From: an uncultured bacterium
GTDB taxonomy: Bacteria; Omnitrophota; Omnitrophia; Omnitrophales; Aquincolibacteriaceae
Assembly (NCBI GenBank): GCA_964373045.1
Contig: CAYJSI010000008.1
Coordinates: 1-63,527 of the forward strand
Reading direction: 5' to 3'
Length of the DNA: 63,527 nt
Part shown: in pieces, positions 9,001 through 14,431 of the stretch
Position numbering within the stretch: position 1 is the stretch's first letter
Layout: each line of letters begins with the position of its first letter
Translations under genes and position numbers: made by a program
Notes under the pieces: model-generated
Told to the model about the DNA's origin: nothing
The model's input: only the letters and a program-made list of their open reading frames with translations
Databases searched by the model: none

Positions 9001-10713
9001 TCCATTGACACCAAGCGTTTTCATTGCGGCGATTGACTGTAGCCTATTCACCATTTCAATCGTAGCGAGGTCGAAGAGGGTGGGCTGCTCCTCCATCATG
9101 GTGGCGAGGTAGCCTGAGTTCTCGGCCTTCTCGGTGAGGCGCGGCGTTAAGATACCGTAATTGATCCCCTTTTCGCGGAAGATGTCCGAGAGGCCTTCGG
9201 TGTGGAAACCGCCTGTGACGAGGACCGCCTTCTCGGCCTTGCGTGAACCCATCTCGGCCTGGAGCTTTTCATAGAAGGCCATTTCACGCTGCTGCGCATA
9301 ATCATAAAAGAGGAAGGCCTTTTGAAAGACCTCGATCATTTTGGAGTCGGCCTCGCTTGGCGGCGCCTGCGATCGCTCCCCGGACGCACCCTCCTGCAGC
9401 ATCTCGAGCTTCATTTCATCTTCAATGGCCGAGGCGCGGGTGACGAGCGCCTGGGGCTCAATCCAGTCCTTGCGGTAGAAGGCGCGCGCCCAGTCTTTGC
9501 GGGAGAGCTCAAGATGCAGGAGCTGGCGCGAGAGCTCGAGATCGCGGAAGAGCTCGAGTAAATTTTTCTCACGCTCTCTTAAGGCGAGCTCGTTTAGGAT
9601 CCTCTCAAAAAGCCGCTCGATTTCGTCAAAAAGCGATTTTGATTCAAGCTCGCTTTGCAAGATGAGATAACCCGCATAAAGACTGAAGGCGGGGTAATCG
9701 TGAAAATAAAATCCCTTGGGCCCTGCTTCATCAGCGAGGCGCTCAAGGAGATAGCGCGGCAGATCGTTTTTGGCGCTCTCCCCCTTTTTAAGGCTCACCA
9801 CGTTGATGCGCTTATCTTCCAAGCGCTCCACATCGGAAATAAGCTGCTTGGAGATCCCCTTGGATTTTAAGAATTCGATTAATTGACCGCGTTCTTGGAC
9901 GGCCTTTTCGCGGTTAAGCTCCGGCTCCATCGATTGCAGGACCAGAAGCCGTGTGATCTGGGGCCACTCGATTTGTGAAAAAAGGCTTTCGAGATCAAGC
10001 CCCAGGGTCTTTTTGGCGTCGGCGGCCAGGTTTTTGACAAAGGGGAGAAAATCGCGGTGCCCGCTGTGAAATTTCCTCCACTCTGAAAGAAGGCGGCGCG
10101 TGTCGTGCGATAAAAATCGGGACGAGAGCCGCTCGAGGCGTGCCTCCAGACCTGAAAGAAATTGATCCGTTTCGGATTTGGCGCGATAGACCTCGCGGAA
10201 AAGCTTGTAATCTTCGCGGTAAAGCTCAGGATTTTCGATGCCAATCGCCTCGATCGTGTTCGGGGCATCCATGAGGAAGTATTCCACTCCTGTCAGTTCG
10301 CCCCGCTTGGCAAGGTAATCGGCCAGTTCAAGGTTTCGCTCTTTTGTGGGGAAAAGCTTTAAAAGTTCAGGATTCAGCTTTTCCGCCGCGCCTTCCACAA
10401 ACAGAAGATTAAATCCGTATTTTTCGTGCAGGTAGGCGAGAAGTTTTTTGATTTGAACTTGGGCTTCGTAATTGCCGTGGGCGTTTTGAACGTGCAGGAC
10501 TAACTGAGGATCGGCCTTGGGCGGGGCCTCATAAATTTCTTCGATGGACGCAAGCTCGGGAGGGATATCGATTTGAAGGAAACCGGGCGTCTCCGGCTCT
10601 CCAGTAAGCGACATAACGCCCGCCGGTGAGGCGTAAGAAACTTGAGAGACGAGGAAAAAGAAAAGGGTCCCCGCCGAAACAATTTTCTTGAGTTTTGTAC
10701 TCTCGTTTGGCAT
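1..10713 (-). CDS. Giant secreted/membrane-associated multidomain protein; N-terminus complete, C-terminus beyond left window edge (>=3571 aa)
   Basis: Manual reverse-complement translation from ATG 10713-10711 gives unbroken sense codons in the frame that ends exactly at nt 1. None of the listed minus-strand fragments lies in this frame. The ORF is absent from the track because it has no stop in the window. N-terminus MPNESTKLKKIVSAGTLFFFLVSQVSYA/SP looks like a signal peptide. Hydrophobic hairpin at about nt 8110-7975. Tentative modules: ChaN/TraB/Tiki-like (nt ~10500-9190), HEAT-like repeats (nt ~4990-4700), H..HD motif HSAEV...LHDAG (nt ~4200-3990). Confidence 0.8.
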   Translation of the reverse strand, partial: MPNESTKLKKIVSAGTLFFFLVSQVSYASPAGVMSLTGEPETPGFLQIDIPPELASIEEIYEAPPKADPQLVLHVQNAHGNYEAQVQIKKLLAYLHEKYGFNLLFVEGAAEKLNPELLKLFPTKERNLELADYLAKRGELTGVEYFLMDAPNTIEAIGIENPELYREDYKLFREVYRAKSETDQFLSGLEARLERLSSRFLSHDTRRLLSEWRKFHSGHRDFLPFVKNLAADAKKTLGLDLESLFSQIEWPQITRLLVLQSMEPELNREKAVQERGQLIEFLKSKGISKQLISDVERLEDKRINVVSLKKGESAKNDLPRYLLERLADEAGPKGFYFHDYPAFSLYAGYLILQSELESKSLFDEIERLFERILNELALREREKNLLELFRDLELSRQLLHLELSRKDWARAFYRKDWIEPQALVTRASAIEDEMKLEMLQEGASGERSQAPPSEADSKMIEVFQKAFLFYDYAQQREMAFYEKLQAEMGSRKAEKAVLVTGGFHTEGLSDIFREKGINYGILTPRLTEKAENSGYLATMMEEQPTLFDLATIEMVNRLQSIAAMKTLGVNGEKDIKSALSAVVDIIQSKVKDPTELAKILNHLLSAAYFKDRSAALNIMKSQNRNAYRVTIELPGDNDAYSFELWQDGNGNVAAVNFKKAYLNSPRATPGQTVVEETIGGVKVTLGKLDPTIDLANRATAAAQAESRQPPTAPVSTQLAGMRSRAETRVQDDGILPQDKSLRVQGLERRRLDLYAAPERGIIGAINQWLNPRKNRRVSDTNGLGDFLHSIIPRIPDAIDVQIIRLEWQLNGFFRHTREITLPREFDGPGKSRAEARAGRAEVRGKSEKQSLLSIFMGLLNRDPRVRGVAWKAILLMEIQAGIFLISTRSLEVAAWVGAFVGALGLFVGLSPMLQTAFQQYRAANVEPKSMLLGFLDLGKRSEGLGPGSSSRSLPPPRSAILENIILHSIELIEWVYPEPSPRITRILDKLHQVGENFRDTREQSSPVSDKRAVVGGRAIPRSEMRSAGNTQNPVLAAWWISINKVVAALADLLASKKVLEAKKRETAVAVEKIKVDNQGTLISSQTLEILGRQKVKGGYRKISILIDDAGTIRNVLNTEPDPATLEEGMSKGVRFMIKVQRNIEGTDDDRYLYSAPTFNTDVPEPLKAILQESIERANQQLKAQRDEAIKQNKDQFLSEEFKDALHQSAEYVPPLQNEKSKLKIVRGFINPYTHQIEGFLGIDSETAGVRTDIEEKVRRKWLELLLELSLDRDQEAIREKLSKESLGYSADKIGQIMDGVFGQDEIDQLQQALGKKLDSFLTYVEVNEANKAEIITDLSPVAELLNKVSRPTRGILFESIQSARETVKERRKSSELINRGIVLIMKSAEENTGEADVKLGQFLRWIDAKLKAKDPLGAEAFQAVRTGIPSAVQSQLLVKLLESVERKIKRAARPNVQKEQAENEIKNAKGLIKDISLLAPTAQFFSIERILFLSDQLGLQLNNEQKQVLQAKREAPISPRGEDLDEVRNPDEQIQFAAQIVRNLYPQNEYLEAEAHAAGDFIKQHLVELPGGKKNMMLLAGATGMTPSDLPSILRVMFDHGIGAEFFLQVYQRALEQGVQEIPEAREALLQAQKFEAEKHLLRAWALYSRALFLGYREAEEDTQRVKSKWLASLQAAGFKGRKNKDGTVTYGDLRASEGLEQFLNYFIPIKNRFPIEVRTRFLGFAHAIVFHGDLYANVSFDQEGNLLGIATKLKPLLSQRVEDVKISLSPGGDKMILSGTWKGYEVERAEVFMSAEGEVQYEMGGFDAVNENLAKIPPDPETLRVAHEAAGQLLEKGFDAEPVAEIMGFYSDPLSVWSTPSKALSPRGFQTLQELRTFFLSKKEELYSDRYTSRLSRVVWEEMRKTKPGRSLEELVRSLSDADPDQRRMALTALTYNYGKEAFPAVPAVIKLLHEGGYSTTIMDFFEVDAALAQPAMNDLILLLRTKEAYLVVPVLERYLPEKTLVEHILESLPHASNKEHQGYLLRILKKHPSQAQIILPTAKKFRNSIRDKRSQPFKDASDLIETLEGQSPATKTAGKRSEVRGATTEAAPSGTGFFRKRAQTPEALAEISRLAGDLHLPINGTIEENFLSLNGAQQALTNMLGEYLAPTERVEKLFVAIVKAFQDIRRRGGGTDHHREKVIARYHDEQHSAEVALGGIRFLISPSASKPGTSVVSNPRILELAALAAILHDAGTIDLLGIEQLSFVNSQGETQHVNIQRYPFHEVLGIGGEISDELLKGMLVNAGAPKDIVEGPSGKALVESARTWIQNYPFSAQKLFDKAGVKVAPRELEIIQILIEFTKFGDVKRADGTTLEEGKNASSEEQTKRLRDRLIKAGIEEEGEIRDILNAGAAIAAADLITAVESYSTKPLDENRDAKNYFQMIADLYEEGALGFYDKKPVPIFEAFKGTAYFLTNVVNPRLSGYAARLGFTEANGYSLPEFEKRFSPTQNGEIFIQFAMKVGQIYDEALKAGLSDENKEILKRIFKAFGFSNIRIDQYINQLAAASFSNRSEMRRDDRSASRAAVLGLKAEVGRAPELKLDGLTTFFSDKRFVRDFIAKTISQQSWASLHAGKSNKVMLTIQASQASEKSETLSFDASRTPQNISDSIQAALEKVEADQNYSPVFWMLLPAGDGWRLVATLEKPDHVLSTIASMIFWQFQLQPEQGAEELVITGYLDGRLNPEAAEKELMHSKGRMDGPEVRTRDQVREILSAADALKAKYLEPTKALSGDVGSAAAVSQSQAPRESFQWSSYLGLDLLKPGKDPAKYQAHISGLSAKLALIGEYTWLYSREPSIQGAVAQELNGIRTQLQAVVREWLNEGELVAQTLNREELQLGTPPYQVENALRQILTPLNTPVNRREYKDFIALAEHEGITVEKIYSAQDYFVREMHYEFREPDPDFLKNFMENHGSFKSLDNLVRAAGENRAAVQTLMRLIARAFLLDLKMLEDSEQYESPVRFKPEFPHLGQFVFITESYSANFSLKDALDDIAVFVAERNNVRARLNQYAHVMGLKEKEQLKSLGARDLESRVEWLLKARNRPMLAAQVAFPARRLTLDDLLTADRTLLEWEPGVDQAQPDFEAYKETLRAMPNAQTISLQDLVKRANEEQSKYLTAMIIRTALLKFRLIEKPAPGQPIQLTRDIEQKSLSTVDLSSYFLFERDVRSKINEIMMKQFYSLSTAHRRKVEAKLKLWGKGIPYSPFLGDYWVVKFKDWGWRELNTDLLDASAVDGDDLEKSALRWAKREIESVTLLTGEPAFEGAMGDGLTVAEVIAAAKRHRDDILQNEKDVSSTAALARPASATKTAGKRAEVRGNLVDSLEESVKALEARVTAQGTQNIPTLGFHGQKPGTSGQYHYFVFEGKNHITSFLGRTIMPLPEFQERLQGIMIYIANYSSPDWSKGIFPKIHILTETPDFIISGVPDEKSKTGTLPLEVLGTQGTQRKHFRYFYQTGAASFNTVPAEAIHEITISRAEYQDIEAKAKALAQPSIGKTENLLITSFANRFLYKKALETILGLSRSETRAYYDIN
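652..686. repeat. 35-nt intragenic repeat copy A (encodes ..ATKTAGKRAEV..)
   Basis: cacctcggCgcgcttgcccgccgtctttgtggcgg differs at one base from nt 4459-4493. Both copies lie in the giant ORF in the same frame. Confidence 0.85.
4459..4493. repeat. 35-nt intragenic repeat copy B (encodes ..ATKTAGKRSEV..)
   Basis: cacctcggAgcgcttgcccgccgtctttgtggcgg; 34/35 identical to nt 652-686. Confidence 0.85.
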
Positions 10714-10802
10714 AAGACTTTTGAAATTGTTTTATATACATTTAAAAGATACACGCTTGTTTGGAGAATTACAAGGGAAGGAAGTAAATGATATAACTTG
10801 CT

Positions 10803-13010
10803 CTAATCAAATAAGATACGGCGCTTTACTTCATCATGATCGTAATCAATGATCAGATCATCGTCATGCTGGGCGTCTGTGCTCTTAATTGAAATAGATT
10901 GCTCTTGCAAGAGTGAGGAAGAAATTTCAGAGAGAAAGCGCGAGGGTAAATTTTGTTCGTAGGAGCCATAAAGCAGGCGGGATTGAGCATAGGTAAGGTG
11001 CAGTTTATCCTTAGCGCGCGTCATGCCGACGTAGCACAGCCGGCGCTCTTCTTCTAATTCATCATCCGTTCCGATCTGGTTGTACGGGCGACTCGCCGAG
11101 TCGCCCCTGCTCCCATTCAACACATTGACATGAGGAAATATCCCTTCTTCCATACCTACCATGAAAACGATTGGGAATTCGAGGCCCTTGGCGGTGTGAA
11201 AAGTCATAAGGGTTAAAACGTTTGTTCCATTGTCCCAGGTGTCGAGGTCGGTCATAAGGGAAATCGATTCGAGGAAGACGCGCAATCCGGTTGTAGGGGC
11301 GGGCCTTGCGCCCGCCCGCGTATCGGATTCGTCCGTCCGTGTACCGGATGTGCCGACGATTTGGGCGCCCACAAGGGGCGCCCCTACATCCGTAACCGGT
11401 ACCGTCTCCTCCCAATCACTGATCACGCTGAAAAATTCTTGGATGTTTTCGAGGCGCGCTTGCGCCTCGATGGATTTCTCCGCCTCAAGCGCTGCCACGT
11501 AACCGGTTTTTTCGAGAATGAATGTGACAAGATCGGAAACGGAAGGGGCGGCCCCGGCAACGCCGACCGCACTCCGGAACGCGGTTATCATCCGATAAAA
11601 ATCTGCAATGGATTTTTGCGCCTTCGGACCCAATGCTGATGGGGCCAGGCACCGAACTTCGGTGCCTGGCCCCTTTAGGTTTTGCAATGCCCCTACGGCT
11701 TTTAACGTCTCATCAAAACCCCACTGATTTTTCTGGGCGATTTCTTCCAGGGTTTCGATCGTCTTCTTTCCGATCCCCCTCGAGGGCACGTTCAGAATGC
11801 GCTTCAGGCTGATATCGTCATGCGGATAAGCTGCGGCTCGCAAGTAAGCAACAATATCCTTGATTTCCTTGCGATCGTAAAATCGGATCCCGCCCACGAT
11901 CTTATAAGGAATCTTGGCGCGGCGAAGATGATCTTCTAAGACGCGCGACTGGGCGTGCATGCGGTAGAAGACGACCTGGTCGGCCAGGGTTTTCCCTTGG
12001 GCACAATAATTCACAATCTCGCGCACCACATAGGCGGCTTCTTCCTTTTCATCCTGCGCTTGAAAGAGCGCGATCTTCTCCCCTTCTTTGCGCTCTGTCC
12101 AAAGGACCTTGGGCTTTCTTTGCTCGTTGCGCTGGATAAGTTCATTGGCTGCCTGAAGGATGACGGGAGTGGAGCGGTAGTTTTGCTCCATGCGGATCAC
12201 ACCCGCCTCCGGATAATCTTTTTCAAAGTTGAGGATGTTTCGAATATCCGCGCCCCGCCAGGCATAGATCGATTGGTCGGGATCGCCCACTACCGTGATC
12301 TTGCGGTGGGCCTGGGCAAGGAGCTTGACGAAACGGTACTGCGCGTGATTGGTGTCCTGGTACTCATCAATTAAGATGTGATGGAACCTATCCTGCCAGC
12401 TCCGGAGCGCTTTCGGCGCGCGGTCAAAGAGCGCCACGGTTTTCATAATAAGATCGCCAAAATCGAGGGCCTTTAACTTGACAAGCCTTTCTTCGTAAAG
12501 CAGATAGACCTTAGCCACTTGATCTTCATAGAGGCCCATCCCCTTCTCTGCGTATTGAAAGGGAGTGATTAAGACGTCCTTGGCGCGCTGAATACGCTCG
12601 CGCACTCCCTTGGGATGAACCTGCTTTTCATTCATTTTCAGCTCCTGAATACACTCGCGGATGAGGATAAGCTGGTCATGCTCGTCGTAGATCGTGAAAT
12701 TTCGATCGATCCCGATGGCGCTCCCATCTTGGCGCAGCATGCGAAGACAAGTGGAGTGAAACGTGCTCACCCAAACCGCCTGCCTCACCAGCTTTTCAAC
12801 GCGCGAGCGCATCTCCTGGGCTGCCTTATTGGTAAAAGTGACACCTAAGATATGAAAGGGAGGCACCCCCTGTGAAATAACGTGGGCGATGCGGCGCGTG
12901 AGGATCCTCGTCTTGCCGCTGCCTGCGCCGGCCAGGACAAGGAGCGGCGCCGCGGGCCAGGTCACGGCCTGAAGCTGCGTTGGATTTAGATTGGAGAGAA
13001 TGGGATTCAT
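10803..13010 (-). CDS. uvrD: ATP-dependent DNA helicase, UvrD/PcrA/Rep family
   Basis: Contains LNPTQLQAVTWPAAPLLVLAGAGSGKTRILTRRIAHV (Walker A), DEYQDTN, and QNYRST motifs. The track ORF extends to 13070, but the extra 20 aa are a translation of a palindromic repeat. The likely start is ATG 13010 (MNPILSNLNPTQ). Confidence 0.93.
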   Translation of the reverse strand: MNPILSNLNPTQLQAVTWPAAPLLVLAGAGSGKTRILTRRIAHVISQGVPPFHILGVTFTNKAAQEMRSRVEKLVRQAVWVSTFHSTCLRMLRQDGSAIGIDRNFTIYDEHDQLILIRECIQELKMNEKQVHPKGVRERIQRAKDVLITPFQYAEKGMGLYEDQVAKVYLLYEERLVKLKALDFGDLIMKTVALFDRAPKALRSWQDRFHHILIDEYQDTNHAQYRFVKLLAQAHRKITVVGDPDQSIYAWRGADIRNILNFEKDYPEAGVIRMEQNYRSTPVILQAANELIQRNEQRKPKVLWTERKEGEKIALFQAQDEKEEAAYVVREIVNYCAQGKTLADQVVFYRMHAQSRVLEDHLRRAKIPYKIVGGIRFYDRKEIKDIVAYLRAAAYPHDDISLKRILNVPSRGIGKKTIETLEEIAQKNQWGFDETLKAVGALQNLKGPGTEVRCLAPSALGPKAQKSIADFYRMITAFRSAVGVAGAAPSVSDLVTFILEKTGYVAALEAEKSIEAQARLENIQEFFSVISDWEETVPVTDVGAPLVGAQIVGTSGTRTDESDTRAGARPAPTTGLRVFLESISLMTDLDTWDNGTNVLTLMTFHTAKGLEFPIVFMVGMEEGIFPHVNVLNGSRGDSASRPYNQIGTDDELEEERRLCYVGMTRAKDKLHLTYAQSRLLYGSYEQNLPSRFLSEISSSLLQEQSISIKSTDAQHDDDLIIDYDHDEVKRRILFD
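11293..11387. repeat. REP-like palindromic element (family A, GTAGGGGC...GCCCCTAC) inside the helicase CDS
   Basis: GTAGGGGCGGGCcttgcGCCCGCCC ... GGGCGCCCacaagGGGCGCCCCTAC: two GC hairpins bounded by inverted termini. It is translated in frame as ..VGAPLVGAQIVGTSGTRTDESDTRAGARPAPTT.. Confidence 0.7.
11641..11673. repeat. Perfect 14-bp-stem palindrome (family B, GCCAGGCACC core) inside the helicase CDS
   Basis: ggggccaggcaccg-aactt-cggtgcctggcccc. It is 33 nt (11 codons) and is translated as GPGTEVRCLAP. Confidence 0.8.
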
Positions 13011-13020
13011 TGTAATCAAC

Positions 13021-13086
13021 GTAGGGGGCGGACCCATGTGTCCGCCCGTTGTTCGATGGCGGGCCGACACGCGGGTCGGCCCCTAC
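13021..13086. repeat. REP-like element family A, intergenic
   Basis: GTAGGGGGCGGACccatgtGTCCGCCC ... GGGCCGACacgcggGTCGGCCCCTAC. It lies between the helicase start (13010) and the upstream gene stop (13091). Confidence 0.8.
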
Positions 13087-13090
13087 AACG

Positions 13091-13468
13091 TTATTCGTCC
13101 TTTATCTTATACCCGTCATCAAACGCTTCTTTGAAATCGTACACATCCTTAAATTCTTCCAATTGATCTTCCGGCTGCTTGCGCAAGATCCCGGCATCCA
13201 CAAGGGCGAAGACAATTTTTCCGAAATCTTCTGTCACTTGAATCCCCCAATAATTAAAGACCGTACGGGCGAGCGGACCAAATTGTTCCAGGCCGTATTC
13301 GCGAATGCCCTCTAAAAGTTCGCGGCCTGTGACGTGCCGCGCCTTGGGGAGTTTGGAAACGGAATGGTGAAGCCCCGCCATCACAAAGCTGTAGGCCTCA
13401 AATTTAAACTGGGGATTGTCCGCGAGCAGCTTTTCAATCTTATCGAGAAATTTTTCCAGTTCTTTCAT
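13091..13468 (-). CDS. Small conserved hypothetical protein (resembles the Minf_1886/TIGR04138-type PVC family; assignment from memory)
   Basis: 125-aa ORF MKELEKFLDKIEKLL..HVTGRELLEGIREYGLEQFGPLARTVFNYWGI..; compact and not repeat-derived. Confidence 0.6.
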   Translation of the reverse strand: MKELEKFLDKIEKLLADNPQFKFEAYSFVMAGLHHSVSKLPKARHVTGRELLEGIREYGLEQFGPLARTVFNYWGIQVTEDFGKIVFALVDAGILRKQPEDQLEEFKDVYDFKEAFDDGYKIKDE

Positions 13469-13474
13469 AACGCC

Positions 13475-14281
13475 TCAATGAACCATCGTAACGGGGCCCA
13501 TCGTAACGGGGCCAGGTAGGGGCCCGGCCCCATCGGCATTGCCATCAGCATTGTAAGGGCCGCCGGCTGCCGCAATTTTTTCCGCCTCCGCCAATATTTC
13601 CGGATCCAAATCCACTTCGACGATTTCCACCCTGAAGACTTTCTCAAATGCCCTTTTCAAGGCAGGCATCAACCGCTCTGCATCCATCCCTTTCATGAGC
13701 CGAATGGATTCTTCGTGCAGCATCCCTCCGGCGGAGCGCTTCTGAGCGCCGCCCGCAATTTTTTCGCCGTCAAGCGCAAGGTCGGTGGCAATGGGAAATT
13801 GAAAGCAGTCGGATCCTTTGGGTAAATTTTCATCGCAGCGATAGAATCGGGGCTTAAAGTTGAGGAACTCTAAGGCCGCTTTGAGGGCTTCGTGAATTTT
13901 CCAATAACTTTTTCTTATAGAACCGAAGGATTCGTCGTCCTCTTTGGCGGCAAAAAGAGAAAACATAAGGTCGTTACCGTGGCGGACAACACCCCCGCCT
14001 GTGATGCGTTTACAGAAGGGCAGGCGACGGGTAACCGATACCTGAAACCCAACATCTGGCACCTGGCACCCGAAACCTGTTTTATAGGAGTACCCCACCG
14101 TTATCCAGGGTTCGGAGGAGAAATAAAAACGTAAAATGGGTGGTGAGTTTCGGGTGACGGGTGTCGGGTGACGGGTGTCGAATTCTAGTGCCTGGCACCT
14201 TCTGCTGAATAAAATTTCATCGAGAGCCATTTGAAACGGCATAGGAGCGGAAATCGTGGGAAGAAGATTCCAAGACGGCAT
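13475..14281 (-). CDS. lplA: Lipoate-protein ligase family protein (BPL/LplA/LipB catalytic domain)
   Basis: Motifs ILRFYFSSEPWITVGYS, KRITGGGVVRHGNDLMFSLF, EKIAGGAQKR. It is adjacent to the gcv operon, which encodes the lipoylated GcvH. It contains repeat-derived insertions and a repeat-derived tail. Confidence 0.8.
   Translation of the reverse strand: MPSWNLLPTISAPMPFQMALDEILFSRRCQALEFDTRHPTPVTRNSPPILRFYFSSEPWITVGYSYKTGFGCQVPDVGFQVSVTRRLPFCKRITGGGVVRHGNDLMFSLFAAKEDDESFGSIRKSYWKIHEALKAALEFLNFKPRFYRCDENLPKGSDCFQFPIATDLALDGEKIAGGAQKRSAGGMLHEESIRLMKGMDAERLMPALKRAFEKVFRVEIVEVDLDPEILAEAEKIAAAGGPYNADGNADGAGPLPGPVTMGPVTMVH
13483..13555. repeat. Short tandem repeats (15 nt x2, then a GC palindrome, then 12 nt x2)
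   Basis: ccatcgtaacggggc x2 (13483-13512); gtaggggcccggcccc; atcggcattgcc/atcagcattgta (13532-13555). Together they encode the LplA tail ..NADGNADGAGPLPGPVTMGPVTMVH. Confidence 0.8.
14151..14199. repeat. 14-nt tandem duplication plus GTGCCTGGCAC palindrome inside the lplA-like CDS
   Basis: cgggtgacgggtgt x2 (14151-14178), then ..tagtgcctggcacc. Translated as ..RCQALEFDTRHPTPVTRNS.. between conserved LplA blocks. Confidence 0.75.
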
Positions 14282-14296
14282 AGAAAATATCAGAGC

Positions 14297-14421
14297 ATCA
14301 GAATATCAGAATGAGATTTCAGAAAATAGAATAACGGAAAATGAATAGCCGTCAGTTCTTTCTTTTTCATTTTATTTTTCTGCTCCTCTAAACTCTCGCT
14401 CTGATTCTCTGATATTCTGAT
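14297..14421. repeat. AT-rich inverted repeat (14-bp perfect core, about 97-nt spacer) in the gcvPB-lplA intergenic region
   Basis: atcagaatatcaga (14297-14310) pairs with tctgatattctgat (14408-14421). Flanking iterations of the tcaga/tctga half-sites are present. Confidence 0.75.
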
Positions 14422-14431
14422 CTTCTTTTTT

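Noticed and set aside
1-10713. The first 10.7 kb might be non-coding, a pseudogene graveyard, or use an alternative genetic code, because the ORF track lists only short fragments.
   Set aside because: One minus-strand frame is open end to end under the standard code and looks protein-like. The rest of the window uses the standard code with all three stops. The ORF is missing from the track only because it has no stop in the window.
13011-13070. N-terminal extension of the helicase ORF (MSARHRTTGGHMGPPPTLIT).
   Set aside because: It is a translation of the family A palindromic repeat. The conserved helicase N-terminus begins at ATG 13010.
13483-14199. Possible CRISPR array or minisatellite from the short tandem repeats.
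   Set aside because: There are only two copies per unit, the units are 12-15 nt with no spacers, and they lie inside a coding frame. This is not CRISPR-like.
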